47,073 nucleotides of DNA from a virus (Duplodnaviria; Caudoviricetes): positions 1 to 47,073 of IMG/VR virus record IMGVR_UViG_3300034420_000032; one strand, given 5' to 3'. Under the pieces are notes generated by a model. That model was not told where the DNA came from. It searched no databases and was given only the letters and a program-made list of their open reading frames with translations. Below are positions 25,981 to 36,437 of this stretch, piece by piece. Position 1 is the first letter of the stretch. Every line of letters starts with the position of its first letter. A program made the position numbers and the translations under genes.

Positions 25981-26388
25981 ATGAACCTCACCGACTTCCA
26001 TTCCCGATCGATCTCGAACACTCCGAAGAAGCTCTACCTGCGATTGCCGAACGGCATCATGTCGGAAGAATACTTCGAGGTTGTCGGGATCGACTCGGAC
26101 GTGATGCTCGCCGCCAAGGCCGAAAACCGTCGTCTCCATGTGGAGAACGCAAAGCTCGACGCTCCGGATCCCGACCTCAGCGAGAAGCGCCGCATCCCCT
26201 TGATCGCGAACGCCGTCATCGGATGGAGCTTCAAGGAAGAATTCTCGAAAGACCGTGTCGAGCACTTCCTGCACGCCGCCCCGCACATCCTGGAAGACCT
26301 GGAAGGGTTGGTCTACGATCGCCTTTCTTTTTTCGGTGGGGCGGTTACGCCGCCCTCCTCGAACACTGCCGAAAGTTCTTCGACCTAA
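25981..26388 (+). CDS. Tail assembly chaperone (gpG-like)
   Basis: VVGIDSD, VIGWSF; between tube and tape measure; slippery site near the end. Confidence 0.85.
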   Translation: MNLTDFHSRSISNTPKKLYLRLPNGIMSEEYFEVVGIDSDVMLAAKAENRRLHVENAKLDAPDPDLSEKRRIPLIANAVIGWSFKEEFSKDRVEHFLHAAPHILEDLEGLVYDRLSFFGGAVTPPSSNTAESSST

Positions 26389-26669
26389 ACCTCCCGAAGA
26401 AAGGTTCGGATAGCTCGGCACGCGATCACCTTCTCAGCGTTTACAAACAGACTGGGATCAAGCCGGAAGCCCTGACACTTCCGGCTTTTCCCGATGAGCT
26501 TGCGTATCTGTTGCAGTGGGCTCGAAGGTTGATCCGCGCAGAACCCTTGTCCTATACAGAGATTTATCACTGGTCGCAGTTGACAAAAACTATATTGGAG
26601 CCTTGGGAGGTTGAGGCGATAATCGAGATCGACGCAATTTACCATAGGACAAGAAATGAGCGAAGCTGA
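26328..26669 (+). CDS. Tail chaperone -1 frameshift extension (gpT-like); slippery T TTT TTC at 26328-26334
   Basis: Open -1 frame lacking its own start; PLSYTEIYHWSQLT...WEVEAIIEID. Confidence 0.8.
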   Translation, partial: FFRWGGYAALLEHCRKFFDLNLPKKGSDSSARDHLLSVYKQTGIKPEALTLPAFPDELAYLLQWARRLIRAEPLSYTEIYHWSQLTKTILEPWEVEAIIEIDAIYHRTRNERS

Positions 26670-29136
26670 CTCCATTGCGAATCTGATCCTCAAGTTCGGC
26701 TCCACCGGCTACGCTGACCTCATGAAGCAAATCGAGGTCGCGAAGGCCGGTGGCGTCGACCTTTTGAAGCAACAGGAGAAGCGGCTTCAGATCGAAAAGG
26801 AGCGAGCCCGTGCGGAGCGTGTGGCCAGCCAAGTCACGCTCGAACAGACTCGTCAGCAAACCGTCGCGATGCGAAACAGCATTCGCGAACAAGCTCTTGC
26901 GTTCAAGACGCTGGAAGCCGCTCGCCGAAACGACATCGCGCTGGCCACACAACAGCACGCCGCGAACGCGAGGCTTGCTGCGGGCATTCGCGGTATCGGC
27001 TCCAGCGGTGCCTTCGGACCCTCTGCGCTGGGTCGCCTGGGCGTTGCCGGTGCTGTAGCCTACGCAGGCGTTCGCATCGGCACGGACATGGTCCAGGAAG
27101 CCGCCAAATGGGAGCGGATGAACCTCGCCATCGCCCAGATGGAGAAGACCGGGGAGCGCACCAAGCGAACCCTGGAAGACCTGTACCAGATTGCCAAAGC
27201 ACCCGCGATCGATCTTGCGACCGCCCAGCACGCCTACATCCAGCTCCGCGCTGCCGGGATGGAAGGTGAACGCGCCAAGAAGGTCATCACGGAAGTCTCG
27301 AACGCGATTGCCCGTGGCGGTGGTGGTTCGACGGAATTTGAGCGGTTCAACCGCCAGTTGACCCAGATGTTGACCAATGGCAAGGTTCTGCAAACGGACC
27401 TGAAGTGGATGAAAGAATCCATGCCGATGCTGGCGACGTTCATGGAGAACGCTTTCGGCCAACAGAACGCCGAAGGCATCCGCAAAATGCACATCGGGGC
27501 TGAAGCGTTCCTCACCGGCATCTTGGCCGAGATGGAGAAGCTCGGTCCTGCTACGCAGACCTTGACTTCCGAGATTGAGAACTCGGGTGTCGCCTGGAGC
27601 AAATTCAAGGCGTCGTTCGTTGATACGGAGTTTGTCAAGTCAAGTCTCGGCATGTGGACGAGTATGCTCGAAGATATGACTCGTTCCATGGAGAAGAGCA
27701 CCTTCGATTGGATGAGACTCATTGGGGATATTGGTTTTGTCACGCTTGCCCCGACGTTTGAAAACATAAAAGCTGTCGCGGGCAGAGTCACCTCCGGCGC
27801 GTACAAGACGAAACAAGTCACTTTCGATGAATACGTTGCTGAGGAGGCCAAGGGTTACGACATATCCGAAGAGGAATCGAAGAAAGGCCACATAAAGCCG
27901 AACGCTGACGGAACTTACACAATTCCTGTCAGCGACGAACGTGCGAAAGAAGCTGAAAAGGCCAGGAAGGAAGCCGAGCGTCGGCGTAACGAGGCATTCC
28001 GCAAGGAATCCGAGATCAACCGGCAGATCCAAGAAGCCTTCAACAAGGCCGTCCGAGCCGATGTGGACAAAGAGAACGAGAAGAAAAAGAAGGACGCTGA
28101 AGAGAACCTCGCCCTGGAACAGCGAATTTGGGAGCGGCGAATCTCCCAATACGGAAACTTCGTTGACCTGGAAAGGGACATCAACGAAGCCGCCTACGAT
28201 GTGATGAACGAGCAGCGCGAAGAACAACTTCAGCTCGTCACCGATGCGAAGGATCGCTGGTTCAAGTCGGATCTTGACCGCACCAAAGAGCACTACGAAA
28301 AGCTCAACGAAGCAATCCTCAACTCGACCGAGAAGGGCTCCAAGGAACAGATCGAGCTTCTCAAGCGTGCCGCTTTCGAGCGCGACCTTGCTGCGGCCAC
28401 ATCGGTCATGAACGCTTCCGCCCAGATGGCCTCGGGTGCGTCGTCCATGTTCGGCGACTTCGCGAACGCCTACAAGATGGGTTCCGACTACCGATACGAA
28501 GCCGAGAAGCGGAACATCGAGAAGACGATGTCGCTCGCCGGACTGGAAGGCAAGGCTCGCGTTCAGATGCAGCGCAAGCGCGACGAAGCTCTCGCCCAGC
28601 TTGACGAGAAGCGTCAGTCGGAAATGGCCGGTGCCTATCACACGATGTTCATGATCTCGAAAGGCTTCGCTCTCGCGGAATCGGTGCTGAAGCTGAACCT
28701 CGCCATCGCGAATGCCGCTGCCAGCGGTCCCTTCCCGGCCAATCTTGCCGCGATGGGGGCTGTCGCGGGTGCCGTTGGATCAGTCGTATCGAACATCGCC
28801 ACGATCAACTACGCGGGTGCCTTCAACAAGGGTGGCGACATCCCCGAAGGCTCCTACGGGATCGTCGGTGACGGTGGCCCTGAACTCGTTCGCGGTCCAG
28901 CTAAGGTGACCTCCGTGGCCGACACGGCCAAGATGATGCGCCCGACCGTAAATATCCACAACTACGCAGGGGCTTCCGTACAGGCAACTCCTAGCGCCGA
29001 CGGATCTTCAATTGACATCGTCATCAATCAGATCGCCGAAAAAGTCGAGGATCGATTGTCGACCGGCGTTCGGTCTGGTCGCGGTGGTCTGAACAGTGCG
29101 ATCAAGGAATCCTACGGCCTGACGAGGAGAGCATAA
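26656..29136 (+). CDS. Tape measure protein
   Basis: 826 aa, helical; QLTQMLTNGKV..DL tape-measure N-domain; FNKGG.IP.G..GIVGDGGPELVRGPA. Confidence 0.93.
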   Translation: MSEADSIANLILKFGSTGYADLMKQIEVAKAGGVDLLKQQEKRLQIEKERARAERVASQVTLEQTRQQTVAMRNSIREQALAFKTLEAARRNDIALATQQHAANARLAAGIRGIGSSGAFGPSALGRLGVAGAVAYAGVRIGTDMVQEAAKWERMNLAIAQMEKTGERTKRTLEDLYQIAKAPAIDLATAQHAYIQLRAAGMEGERAKKVITEVSNAIARGGGGSTEFERFNRQLTQMLTNGKVLQTDLKWMKESMPMLATFMENAFGQQNAEGIRKMHIGAEAFLTGILAEMEKLGPATQTLTSEIENSGVAWSKFKASFVDTEFVKSSLGMWTSMLEDMTRSMEKSTFDWMRLIGDIGFVTLAPTFENIKAVAGRVTSGAYKTKQVTFDEYVAEEAKGYDISEEESKKGHIKPNADGTYTIPVSDERAKEAEKARKEAERRRNEAFRKESEINRQIQEAFNKAVRADVDKENEKKKKDAEENLALEQRIWERRISQYGNFVDLERDINEAAYDVMNEQREEQLQLVTDAKDRWFKSDLDRTKEHYEKLNEAILNSTEKGSKEQIELLKRAAFERDLAAATSVMNASAQMASGASSMFGDFANAYKMGSDYRYEAEKRNIEKTMSLAGLEGKARVQMQRKRDEALAQLDEKRQSEMAGAYHTMFMISKGFALAESVLKLNLAIANAAASGPFPANLAAMGAVAGAVGSVVSNIATINYAGAFNKGGDIPEGSYGIVGDGGPELVRGPAKVTSVADTAKMMRPTVNIHNYAGASVQATPSADGSSIDIVINQIAEKVEDRLSTGVRSGRGGLNSAIKESYGLTRRA

Positions 29137-30089
29137 TGGCGACGATCGCATGGCCCGCCACGCTACCGAACCCGAAGGCTAACGGATTCTCCATCGGATG
29201 CCATGAGTTCGGGAAGACCTTGTCCTTTCAGTCAGGCCGTCAACGGGTAACTCGAAATCGAGCGACACTTGAAGAAGTTCATGAATCCGGTTACGGGATG
29301 AAGTTTTCTGCACAACTGTCGTTTCAGATGACACTTTCCGAATACGACATCTTCATCCAGTTCTACGACACGAACTGGAAGACGATCGCGCCGCAGTATG
29401 CCGACAAGTTGGCCTTTACCGCAGGGGGCTACACCATCCTCGGATGGCCGACATCCCCTGTGGCCACAAGTAGATCTGTCAATTCTTGGGAAGTCTCATT
29501 TGGATTTGAGGTTTCTTCTTGGGACCACGTCTACGCTTCGTTTTCGGATGACGAAACTCATCCAATCTGTCCCACACTCCCGAGCGTTCTTCCGATCCAA
29601 GAAGGCTGTCGCCTGGAACGAATCACCAGAGATCAGTTTCAATCCTCAAAAAACTCAAATTTATCGAGGATCCCTGGACTCGGAGACAACTTCCTCCAAG
29701 GTGACTTCGACTTCCAGCTCGCAGGGCTCGACAGCGCAGTCATCCTCATCGATTGGTGGTCTAGATACCTGAAGTTCGGCTCGATCCCTTTTAAATTCAG
29801 CGCCGATCAGTACAACTTCGGTCAAATCGATTCCGTTGCTCCGAACGAGTTCTATTGCGGAAAGTTCATAGGGACTCCGAAGTTTTCGTACAACGGGCAT
29901 TTCGGAACAGCGTCGGTCCCAGTCATCGTTTGGATACCAAACGATGAAGTTGTTCCGTATTACATGATCGCGGAAATACTAGATTCTGAATTAGCGGGAT
30001 CGGTCGATTTGGAAGTCTACGACGCGCAGACAATACTTGATCCGCCTGCTGAATTTACAAAATATGACGGGAAGGGGCTTAGGCAATGA
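29136..30089 (+). CDS. Distal tail (Dit/gpM-like) protein, apparently with two tandem modules
   Basis: WPATLPNP...SGRQR...F..FY; second module with DWW...LKFGSIPF. Confidence 0.6.
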   Translation: MATIAWPATLPNPKANGFSIGCHEFGKTLSFQSGRQRVTRNRATLEEVHESGYGMKFSAQLSFQMTLSEYDIFIQFYDTNWKTIAPQYADKLAFTAGGYTILGWPTSPVATSRSVNSWEVSFGFEVSSWDHVYASFSDDETHPICPTLPSVLPIQEGCRLERITRDQFQSSKNSNLSRIPGLGDNFLQGDFDFQLAGLDSAVILIDWWSRYLKFGSIPFKFSADQYNFGQIDSVAPNEFYCGKFIGTPKFSYNGHFGTASVPVIVWIPNDEVVPYYMIAEILDSELAGSVDLEVYDAQTILDPPAEFTKYDGKGLRQ

Positions 30090-32107
30090 GCGACATCGTA
30101 AAAAACGGAGGTACGAAGTTGTTCAGCGGTGCTCGCGCACTTTGCGCCGCTGTCGCAGGTGCGTACCCGAAGATGCTGACGCTTGTTTCGGATGCGTTCG
30201 ATCGCGGAATCCTGGTACAATTTGCCGACGGCGTTGTGGAAAAAATCGGAAGCCAGCCCGATCTTGCTGCGTTGGATCGGACAGGGGTTGTCGATTGCAC
30301 AACGCAACTTCAAGCGATTCTTGATTTGGTCGGAGTCGGCGATTTGAGGATTCCGAAGGGAACCTACACGTTTACGTCCGTCACAACGAAGGCCAACCTG
30401 ATTTGCCATCCGGAAGCCTTTCTAAACGGTATTGTTACTTTCGACGGGCAGACGACAATATCGACAACTAACGTCAGGGCCGCTGCGGTGGTACTTGGTT
30501 CTACAGTTGACTATTTCTACGCCAATGACATCTACGTCGACGGATCGAAGTTCACAGGTGCCAATGGGCTTGACGGGTTTGAAGCTCTTCAGACGATTGT
30601 CGGGATCACCATAAAGAACCTGACTTGTGTAAATTGTGGCGGAGAAACTATTTTCAAAGGCGGGGTTTCGATTACCGGCGCTCAAGGCGAACGGTTGTCG
30701 ATTGGAAAGTTGACTGTCCAAAATTGTTATACTCACGGGATTCAAATCGGAACTGTAAATCAGACGGATCCGACAAAATATGCTTTCGAGCAGATCGATG
30801 TCGGAGTATGTTTTATCAAAGATTGTGGGGGAACTTATGACGGAGACAATAAGCGACATGGCGTGTATCTTACAAATGCTCTCCATACGCACTTTGGTTC
30901 TTGCACGGTTTGGAACCAGACTAACGGAAATTGCATCCAGATCGGAAAGTTGACGGCAGGCAACTCAGGTCGAGTTCGTTTCGATGAGATCGATCTCGAC
31001 ACTCAGAATTACGATCCTGCGACAGCGATCAAGGGCTGTATCTCGATCGCGGACGACGCTCCGATCGTTTCTTTTGGAACAGGACGAATCGCAAACTTCA
31101 AGGAATACGGAGTCCAGATCTACAATGGACAACTGATTGACATGGGGTCTTGCGTATTTGAACGTCCTGGTAATGCAACGGGGATCCCTGCGGTTGTGGT
31201 GCGAGGGAATTGCGGCAAAATCGATCTGTCGCGGGCTACGTTTCGGGGATGGTACGACACGACCCGTAGAGGGGTTTCGTACGGAGTGGTTGTCGGCGAC
31301 ACGACTAATGTAACTGTAGGAATCTTGGACGTGTCGGGAAGCTACTTTGAAAATCTGCAATATCACGCAGTCCAAGTTTACGCAGGGTCTACTATAAATT
31401 GGCTGTCCGCTGTGGCAACAAGAGTGTACCGGAGCGGTGGTGTCTTTGACGTTTCTGGAACACTCGGAGGGGGTCGAATCAGCGGTGTATGGGCGAACTC
31501 ACTCGGAGCTATTTCGACCGCTTGGAAGCTGCCTACAAACGTCCTGTCGCTTCTTGTCGAAGAGAACGTCATCAACAGCGGAGGAACCACCGTAAGGCTC
31601 AACGACATGAAGTGGACTCGGATGTCGAACGTTACCCAGTTCGATACGACATACTGGATCGACACCGGCACGGGCATCGCCTATGTGGCAAAAGACTATG
31701 ACCTGCAAATTCCTGACGCATCTTTGAGCGACGGGTTCGGTGCAAAAATCTACCACAGTTCGAGCGGTGGTTGGATTGGATTTGGCAAAATGCAAACGAC
31801 GATCGCTTCCGTTACTCAAACGACGAATAAATCCACAGGCGTTACGCTAAATGCGACTAGCGGAAGAATCACAATGGATTCCGCTGCTTTGGCCGCAGAT
31901 ACGTCGGTGTCTTTCACTTTGACAAATTCCAAGATTGACGCGAAATCGCAAATTGCAATCCACCACGAAAGCGCAGGAACCGCAGGAAAGTATCTCGTTA
32001 CTGCAAATCCTGCATCGGGAAGCGCGACAGTTACCGTCACGAACATCGGAACTGGTTCGTTGTCCGAGGCCATCGTTTTGCGATTCACACTCGAAACCTG
32101 TCTATAA
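30086..32107 (+). CDS. Tailspike/depolymerase-like beta-helix receptor-binding protein
   Basis: TGVVDCTTQLQAIL...LRIPKGTY (pectate-lyase-3-like start); repeated HG(I/V)xI beta rungs; lower GC. Confidence 0.75.
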   Translation: MSDIVKNGGTKLFSGARALCAAVAGAYPKMLTLVSDAFDRGILVQFADGVVEKIGSQPDLAALDRTGVVDCTTQLQAILDLVGVGDLRIPKGTYTFTSVTTKANLICHPEAFLNGIVTFDGQTTISTTNVRAAAVVLGSTVDYFYANDIYVDGSKFTGANGLDGFEALQTIVGITIKNLTCVNCGGETIFKGGVSITGAQGERLSIGKLTVQNCYTHGIQIGTVNQTDPTKYAFEQIDVGVCFIKDCGGTYDGDNKRHGVYLTNALHTHFGSCTVWNQTNGNCIQIGKLTAGNSGRVRFDEIDLDTQNYDPATAIKGCISIADDAPIVSFGTGRIANFKEYGVQIYNGQLIDMGSCVFERPGNATGIPAVVVRGNCGKIDLSRATFRGWYDTTRRGVSYGVVVGDTTNVTVGILDVSGSYFENLQYHAVQVYAGSTINWLSAVATRVYRSGGVFDVSGTLGGGRISGVWANSLGAISTAWKLPTNVLSLLVEENVINSGGTTVRLNDMKWTRMSNVTQFDTTYWIDTGTGIAYVAKDYDLQIPDASLSDGFGAKIYHSSSGGWIGFGKMQTTIASVTQTTNKSTGVTLNATSGRITMDSAALAADTSVSFTLTNSKIDAKSQIAIHHESAGTAGKYLVTANPASGSATVTVTNIGTGSLSEAIVLRFTLETCL

Positions 32108-32118
32108 GGTAAAGTATC

Positions 32119-32631
32119 ATGGACCTTGAATCCGAAGCCTACCGCGAGGCTCTCGCGGTAGCACCTGCGAACAGAGTCGTGATCGATACTCTCGAAGTGT
32201 CTCGACCCGACTCGGATTCTATTTATCTGACGAACAACTATCATGGATTCCAATCTGTTGATGAAGGAAACAATCCGATCATCTTCGTTCCTATCCCTTT
32301 CAAGGTTAAACTTCCAATCAAAGGGAAAAATGAACTTCCGACGATGGTTGTCTCTATCGCGAATCCGAATCAATTGGTTAGCGACTACATCCGCACAGCC
32401 AAGACTGCGAAACACGTCGTCACCGTCAAATTTCGGCCATACCTTTCGGTTGCAGGTGGAACTTCAGCACCGCAAGTTCAACTTCCCGTACCAATGACGT
32501 TCATCGTTGGGAGTGTGTCTTTTGGAATCGATACCGTCGAATGTCAATGTGTTTTCCCAAATATCGAGAACAAGCGATTCCCGAACCAGATGTACACGAC
32601 CCGACTTTTCCCCGGCCTGCGCGGATGGTAG
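32119..32631 (+). CDS. Minor tail protein (DUF1833-like)
   Basis: TLEVSRP..IYLTN...FVPIPF.V.LP...V.FRPYLS...NKRFP..YT...FPGL. Confidence 0.85.
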   Translation: MDLESEAYREALAVAPANRVVIDTLEVSRPDSDSIYLTNNYHGFQSVDEGNNPIIFVPIPFKVKLPIKGKNELPTMVVSIANPNQLVSDYIRTAKTAKHVVTVKFRPYLSVAGGTSAPQVQLPVPMTFIVGSVSFGIDTVECQCVFPNIENKRFPNQMYTTRLFPGLRGW

Positions 32632-33028
32632 GATCGAACTTGCGATCGGGAAGCCGTGGGTAGCCCTTGCGACCGGCCCGGAGGCGTTCGACTGTTGGGG
32701 CTTCGTCCGCTACGCCCTCGACCTGTCCGACGCACCTGACGCACCTTTCCTTGACGAAGCGAGCCGTTCTGAAAAGATGCTGGATCTATCAGGATCCTTC
32801 CGACGGGTTCCGGCAAAATCCCCATACTCGATCTGCATGATGGGAAAGCGCGGAGTCTTCTCCCACGTCGGAGTGTACCATCCGAACGGGTTCATCTACC
32901 ACTGCATTGAACAGGGCGGGGTTCGTGCGCACCTGTTCCGGAAAATTGGTATATTGGGATTCGACACGTTCGAGTTCTTCCGATGGGGTCCACATGATAA
33001 CGCTTCGCGTCAAGACGAGCCCGCTTGA
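32624..33028 (+). CDS. NlpC/P60 tail-tip protein (start codon uncertain)
   Basis: IGKPW...GPEAFDCWGFV...SHVGVY...IYHC. Confidence 0.8.
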   Translation, partial: DGRIELAIGKPWVALATGPEAFDCWGFVRYALDLSDAPDAPFLDEASRSEKMLDLSGSFRRVPAKSPYSICMMGKRGVFSHVGVYHPNGFIYHCIEQGGVRAHLFRKIGILGFDTFEFFRWGPHDNASRQDEPA

Positions 33029-36000
33029 CAAATTCAAGTCGACGGAAATCGACTTTTTCGACGGAACACTTCGGGAAATTCTAACCCCTATGCTTGTGAA
33101 CGGCGAGTTTCCTTCGCCGACCGTAGTACGAGTGAACGGAACACCGTGGCTTCGGAAAGACTGGGATAACAAGGTTTCGGACGGATCGTCGGTCGAAGTG
33201 TGCGCTGTCGTCGGTGCGGCTGCGTCGACCATTTTCCTGATCGCTAATATCGTGAGTCTCGTCTTCAGCGTCGGTTTTACAATTTACGGCATCTACAAGG
33301 CTCGTCAAGCAATGCGAGCGTTCAAGGCCGGGCAAGGTCAATACGAATCCGACCCGTTCTTCACGGTCGACGGACACGGCAACAAAGCGAATCTCAACAA
33401 TCCGATCGAAGTTGCCTACGGACGAAACCGCATGTGGCCTTCGTACATCGCGAGGCCGTACAAGAACTACGTCGATGACAGAGTTCCTTCCGGGCTCGAA
33501 GGATACCGCAAGAATACAACACTTACGCAGATTTTTTGCCTCGGTCAAGGGGAGTTCGACATCCATGCGATAAAGATTGGCGAAATCCCGATCGAGTCGT
33601 ACAGCGGGATGAGATGCGAAATCGTAAACCCCGGAGAAACAATCGTTACTTCGGCAAGAATCACATACGTCCAACCCGATGTGGAGTTTGAAGAACTTCT
33701 GCTTGAAGAATCCTCGAACCTATTTGTCCTGACTCCTCGGGGCATCACCTCGAAGCTCTTCGAGGTCGACATCGATTCGTCTGCGAACGGAACCTACACG
33801 ATCGACGTTTCCGTCTACGCGATTGACGACAACGACGCAGCGACAGATTCCGCACCGATCACCACCGCAACCTTGACTCGACCGTCAACCTCGGACTTCA
33901 ATTCGCCGCATCATCGGCATACATTCCAGTTTACCGCACCTTCGGTCGGTCGTTATTCTGTGATGTTCAAGTACAGCAACCACACCGAAACGTCTTCCGG
34001 AACGATCACGATTGTCGAGCTTCGCTGCTTTGCCGATCCGACGATCCCGATTCAATACTCGGATAAAACCCTTCTCGTATTGACCTATCGTGTTTCGGAT
34101 CTGATCGAAGACGTTGCGAAGGACTCTCTGAATGTAATCGCCACCAGGAAGTTGACCTGCATTTACGCAAGCGGGACGGAGCGATCGGTGATGGTTCAGC
34201 CGACTCGATCGATACCGTGGGCTATTTACGATTGCCTGACAAATACTGTTTACGGCGGCGGTCTGTCTGAAACTTTTTTGGACCTGGAATCATTCTCGGA
34301 ACTTGACGGGGAACTGGCTCGCGACGGGGTATTCTTCGACTATGTCTTCAACCAAAACACCACCGTCGAAGACGCAGCAAAGGTTATCGCGTCGGCGGGC
34401 CGCTGTTTCTTCACCTACAACGGGTCAAAGTTGGCTCTTGTGCGTGACCGTTGCAACGGGATCCCAGAAGCCATGTTTTCGCAAGAGAATATCGTCAAGG
34501 ATTCATTTTCTTGGTCATCTGAATTGTTCGATCCGACCGAGCCTGACGCGATTGAAGCGTCCTACGTCAATCCGGATTCCGGACAGGAGTTCACCACGGT
34601 ATTCACGCCAGAGGGGTCCGTCGGTCAATCCGTCCAAAAATTGACATTGCAAGGTGTCGGCTCCAGGACGCAAGCGTGGCGCGAGGGTGCTCATCGAATG
34701 CGGAAGCTCCAGTTGATTCGCGACACCTTCAAGTTCAAAACCGGAATGGAGGGCTACATCCCGACCATTGGAGCCACGGCGGCTCTTTCCTGGGATCTGA
34801 CCGGGATGGGTGTTTCCGGATGGGTTGAGGACTACGAAGGTGGGTGGCTTCGCCTATCGAGATTCGCCACGATCGCGACCGTAGGGACCGTTCTAGGGAG
34901 GATTCTACTCCGAAGGGATGATGGTTCCGCCGCAGGTCCGTTCGACATCCTCGAAGGGTCTGACGGCTCCGCAGGCGTCTACAAGTCGGTTCGGATCGCC
35001 GACGTGGACTTGAATATCGACTTCTGGAGAACCGATCGCGAACCTGTTCACTTCATTTGCTGGTCAGGGAGCGGTGATGCACCTTCGGCAACCAAGATCC
35101 AGATTACAGATGTCTCTCCGAGCGACAACGAAACGATCGAGATTACAGCGTCAAATTACGACCAAAGAGTCTACGAGTTCGATTCGGTCGCAGCTCCAAC
35201 GGAAGCCGATGAAACAACTCCTGTCGATCCAGGTACAGGCGCCGTAGGGGTTCCGTGGGTTCGCGTGGAAAGTCTTTCGACTCCAATTTCCCCTGAAGGA
35301 ATCCCGTATACAAGAATCCGTTGGGGCCGGTATTTCGGGACGACTTCTTACAAGGTCTATTTGAACGGGGTTCTTGTTTGGTCCGGTGGCGAAACATATC
35401 TCGACTTGCGAATTGACGCAGGTGTCGATCAAGTCGTATCCGTTTCAGCCATGAATGGCGCAACTGAAGGCTCAAGCAACTCGGTCACTTTCGATGTTGG
35501 TCAGACTGAGATTTTGACAAATCCGAACATTGACGCTGGAAACTTGACTGTCGAATCTGACGGCCTCTTGATCTGGTGGGATCCTGTTCTGAATGCTGAC
35601 GGCTATGCAGTCAGGGCGGAAGTTGACGGGAATTTCTCCGATTGGAGATTTACTTCAGCGACAGAGTTCAAATATACGAAGACGATGTCGACCGACGACT
35701 TCGCTCCGATCGTTGTCATCGGCGCTTCGATTGCAATTTCGCTTCACATCAAAGCGATCGTTGGAGGGGTCGACACAGCAACCTCTACAATATCCACAAG
35801 TTTGAGCAAGCCTTCGGCACCGTCTTCTGTCGAAGTGACTCAAGATGACCCGATCATTTTCGGGTTCTTCAGCGAGAACTACACCCGGAAGAGAACTCTC
35901 GCATGGGAAGGTGACAATTATTGCCAGTTCAGGGTCTACATGGAGATGTATCGCAACGGTGTGGACTCCAGTACGCCTACACAAAAGATCTACACTCTTG

Positions 36001-36437
36001 TTGCAGAAACCGACAAGAAGATCTTTACAAGCGACAAGCCTGTCAAAAGGATCGTTCTTCCTGGAAGCCTTGTGACGAAGGTGTCTGAGGAGGCCGATGA
36101 CTTCGCCGGGAATGGATGGAACGTCACGATCGGCGATGCAGCTGGATTCGCTTGCGGAATGGCACAAAACGAACTCAGCGCGGATAGTTTTTGGTATTGG
36201 GTCGGAGACGAATCGTCGGGGAAGTTTCTTCCTACAATTCTCAGGAGCGCCACTTACGACGAGTTCTGGGTTGGGAATCTCGATCTTGTCGGAACAATCT
36301 CTTGCGCAATCGCGATTCCGCATTACGCCTTGGACGCAGGGGGGACCGACTGGCGAGTCAAGTGCGCAATTGTCGCTGACAACGGTTGGCTCGGAGGAGC
36401 TTTGACAGCCGCGACGACTCTGAATTTCGACTCCTAG
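32994..36437 (+). CDS. Tail tip hub/central fibre (gpJ-like, with gpI-like N-terminus and FN3-like domains)
   Basis: NKANLNNPIEVAYGR..WP, CLGQG, FDYVF, VRD; 1147 aa; last structural gene. Confidence 0.88.
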   Translation: MITLRVKTSPLDKFKSTEIDFFDGTLREILTPMLVNGEFPSPTVVRVNGTPWLRKDWDNKVSDGSSVEVCAVVGAAASTIFLIANIVSLVFSVGFTIYGIYKARQAMRAFKAGQGQYESDPFFTVDGHGNKANLNNPIEVAYGRNRMWPSYIARPYKNYVDDRVPSGLEGYRKNTTLTQIFCLGQGEFDIHAIKIGEIPIESYSGMRCEIVNPGETIVTSARITYVQPDVEFEELLLEESSNLFVLTPRGITSKLFEVDIDSSANGTYTIDVSVYAIDDNDAATDSAPITTATLTRPSTSDFNSPHHRHTFQFTAPSVGRYSVMFKYSNHTETSSGTITIVELRCFADPTIPIQYSDKTLLVLTYRVSDLIEDVAKDSLNVIATRKLTCIYASGTERSVMVQPTRSIPWAIYDCLTNTVYGGGLSETFLDLESFSELDGELARDGVFFDYVFNQNTTVEDAAKVIASAGRCFFTYNGSKLALVRDRCNGIPEAMFSQENIVKDSFSWSSELFDPTEPDAIEASYVNPDSGQEFTTVFTPEGSVGQSVQKLTLQGVGSRTQAWREGAHRMRKLQLIRDTFKFKTGMEGYIPTIGATAALSWDLTGMGVSGWVEDYEGGWLRLSRFATIATVGTVLGRILLRRDDGSAAGPFDILEGSDGSAGVYKSVRIADVDLNIDFWRTDREPVHFICWSGSGDAPSATKIQITDVSPSDNETIEITASNYDQRVYEFDSVAAPTEADETTPVDPGTGAVGVPWVRVESLSTPISPEGIPYTRIRWGRYFGTTSYKVYLNGVLVWSGGETYLDLRIDAGVDQVVSVSAMNGATEGSSNSVTFDVGQTEILTNPNIDAGNLTVESDGLLIWWDPVLNADGYAVRAEVDGNFSDWRFTSATEFKYTKTMSTDDFAPIVVIGASIAISLHIKAIVGGVDTATSTISTSLSKPSAPSSVEVTQDDPIIFGFFSENYTRKRTLAWEGDNYCQFRVYMEMYRNGVDSSTPTQKIYTLVAETDKKIFTSDKPVKRIVLPGSLVTKVSEEADDFAGNGWNVTIGDAAGFACGMAQNELSADSFWYWVGDESSGKFLPTILRSATYDEFWVGNLDLVGTISCAIAIPHYALDAGGTDWRVKCAIVADNGWLGGALTAATTLNFDS

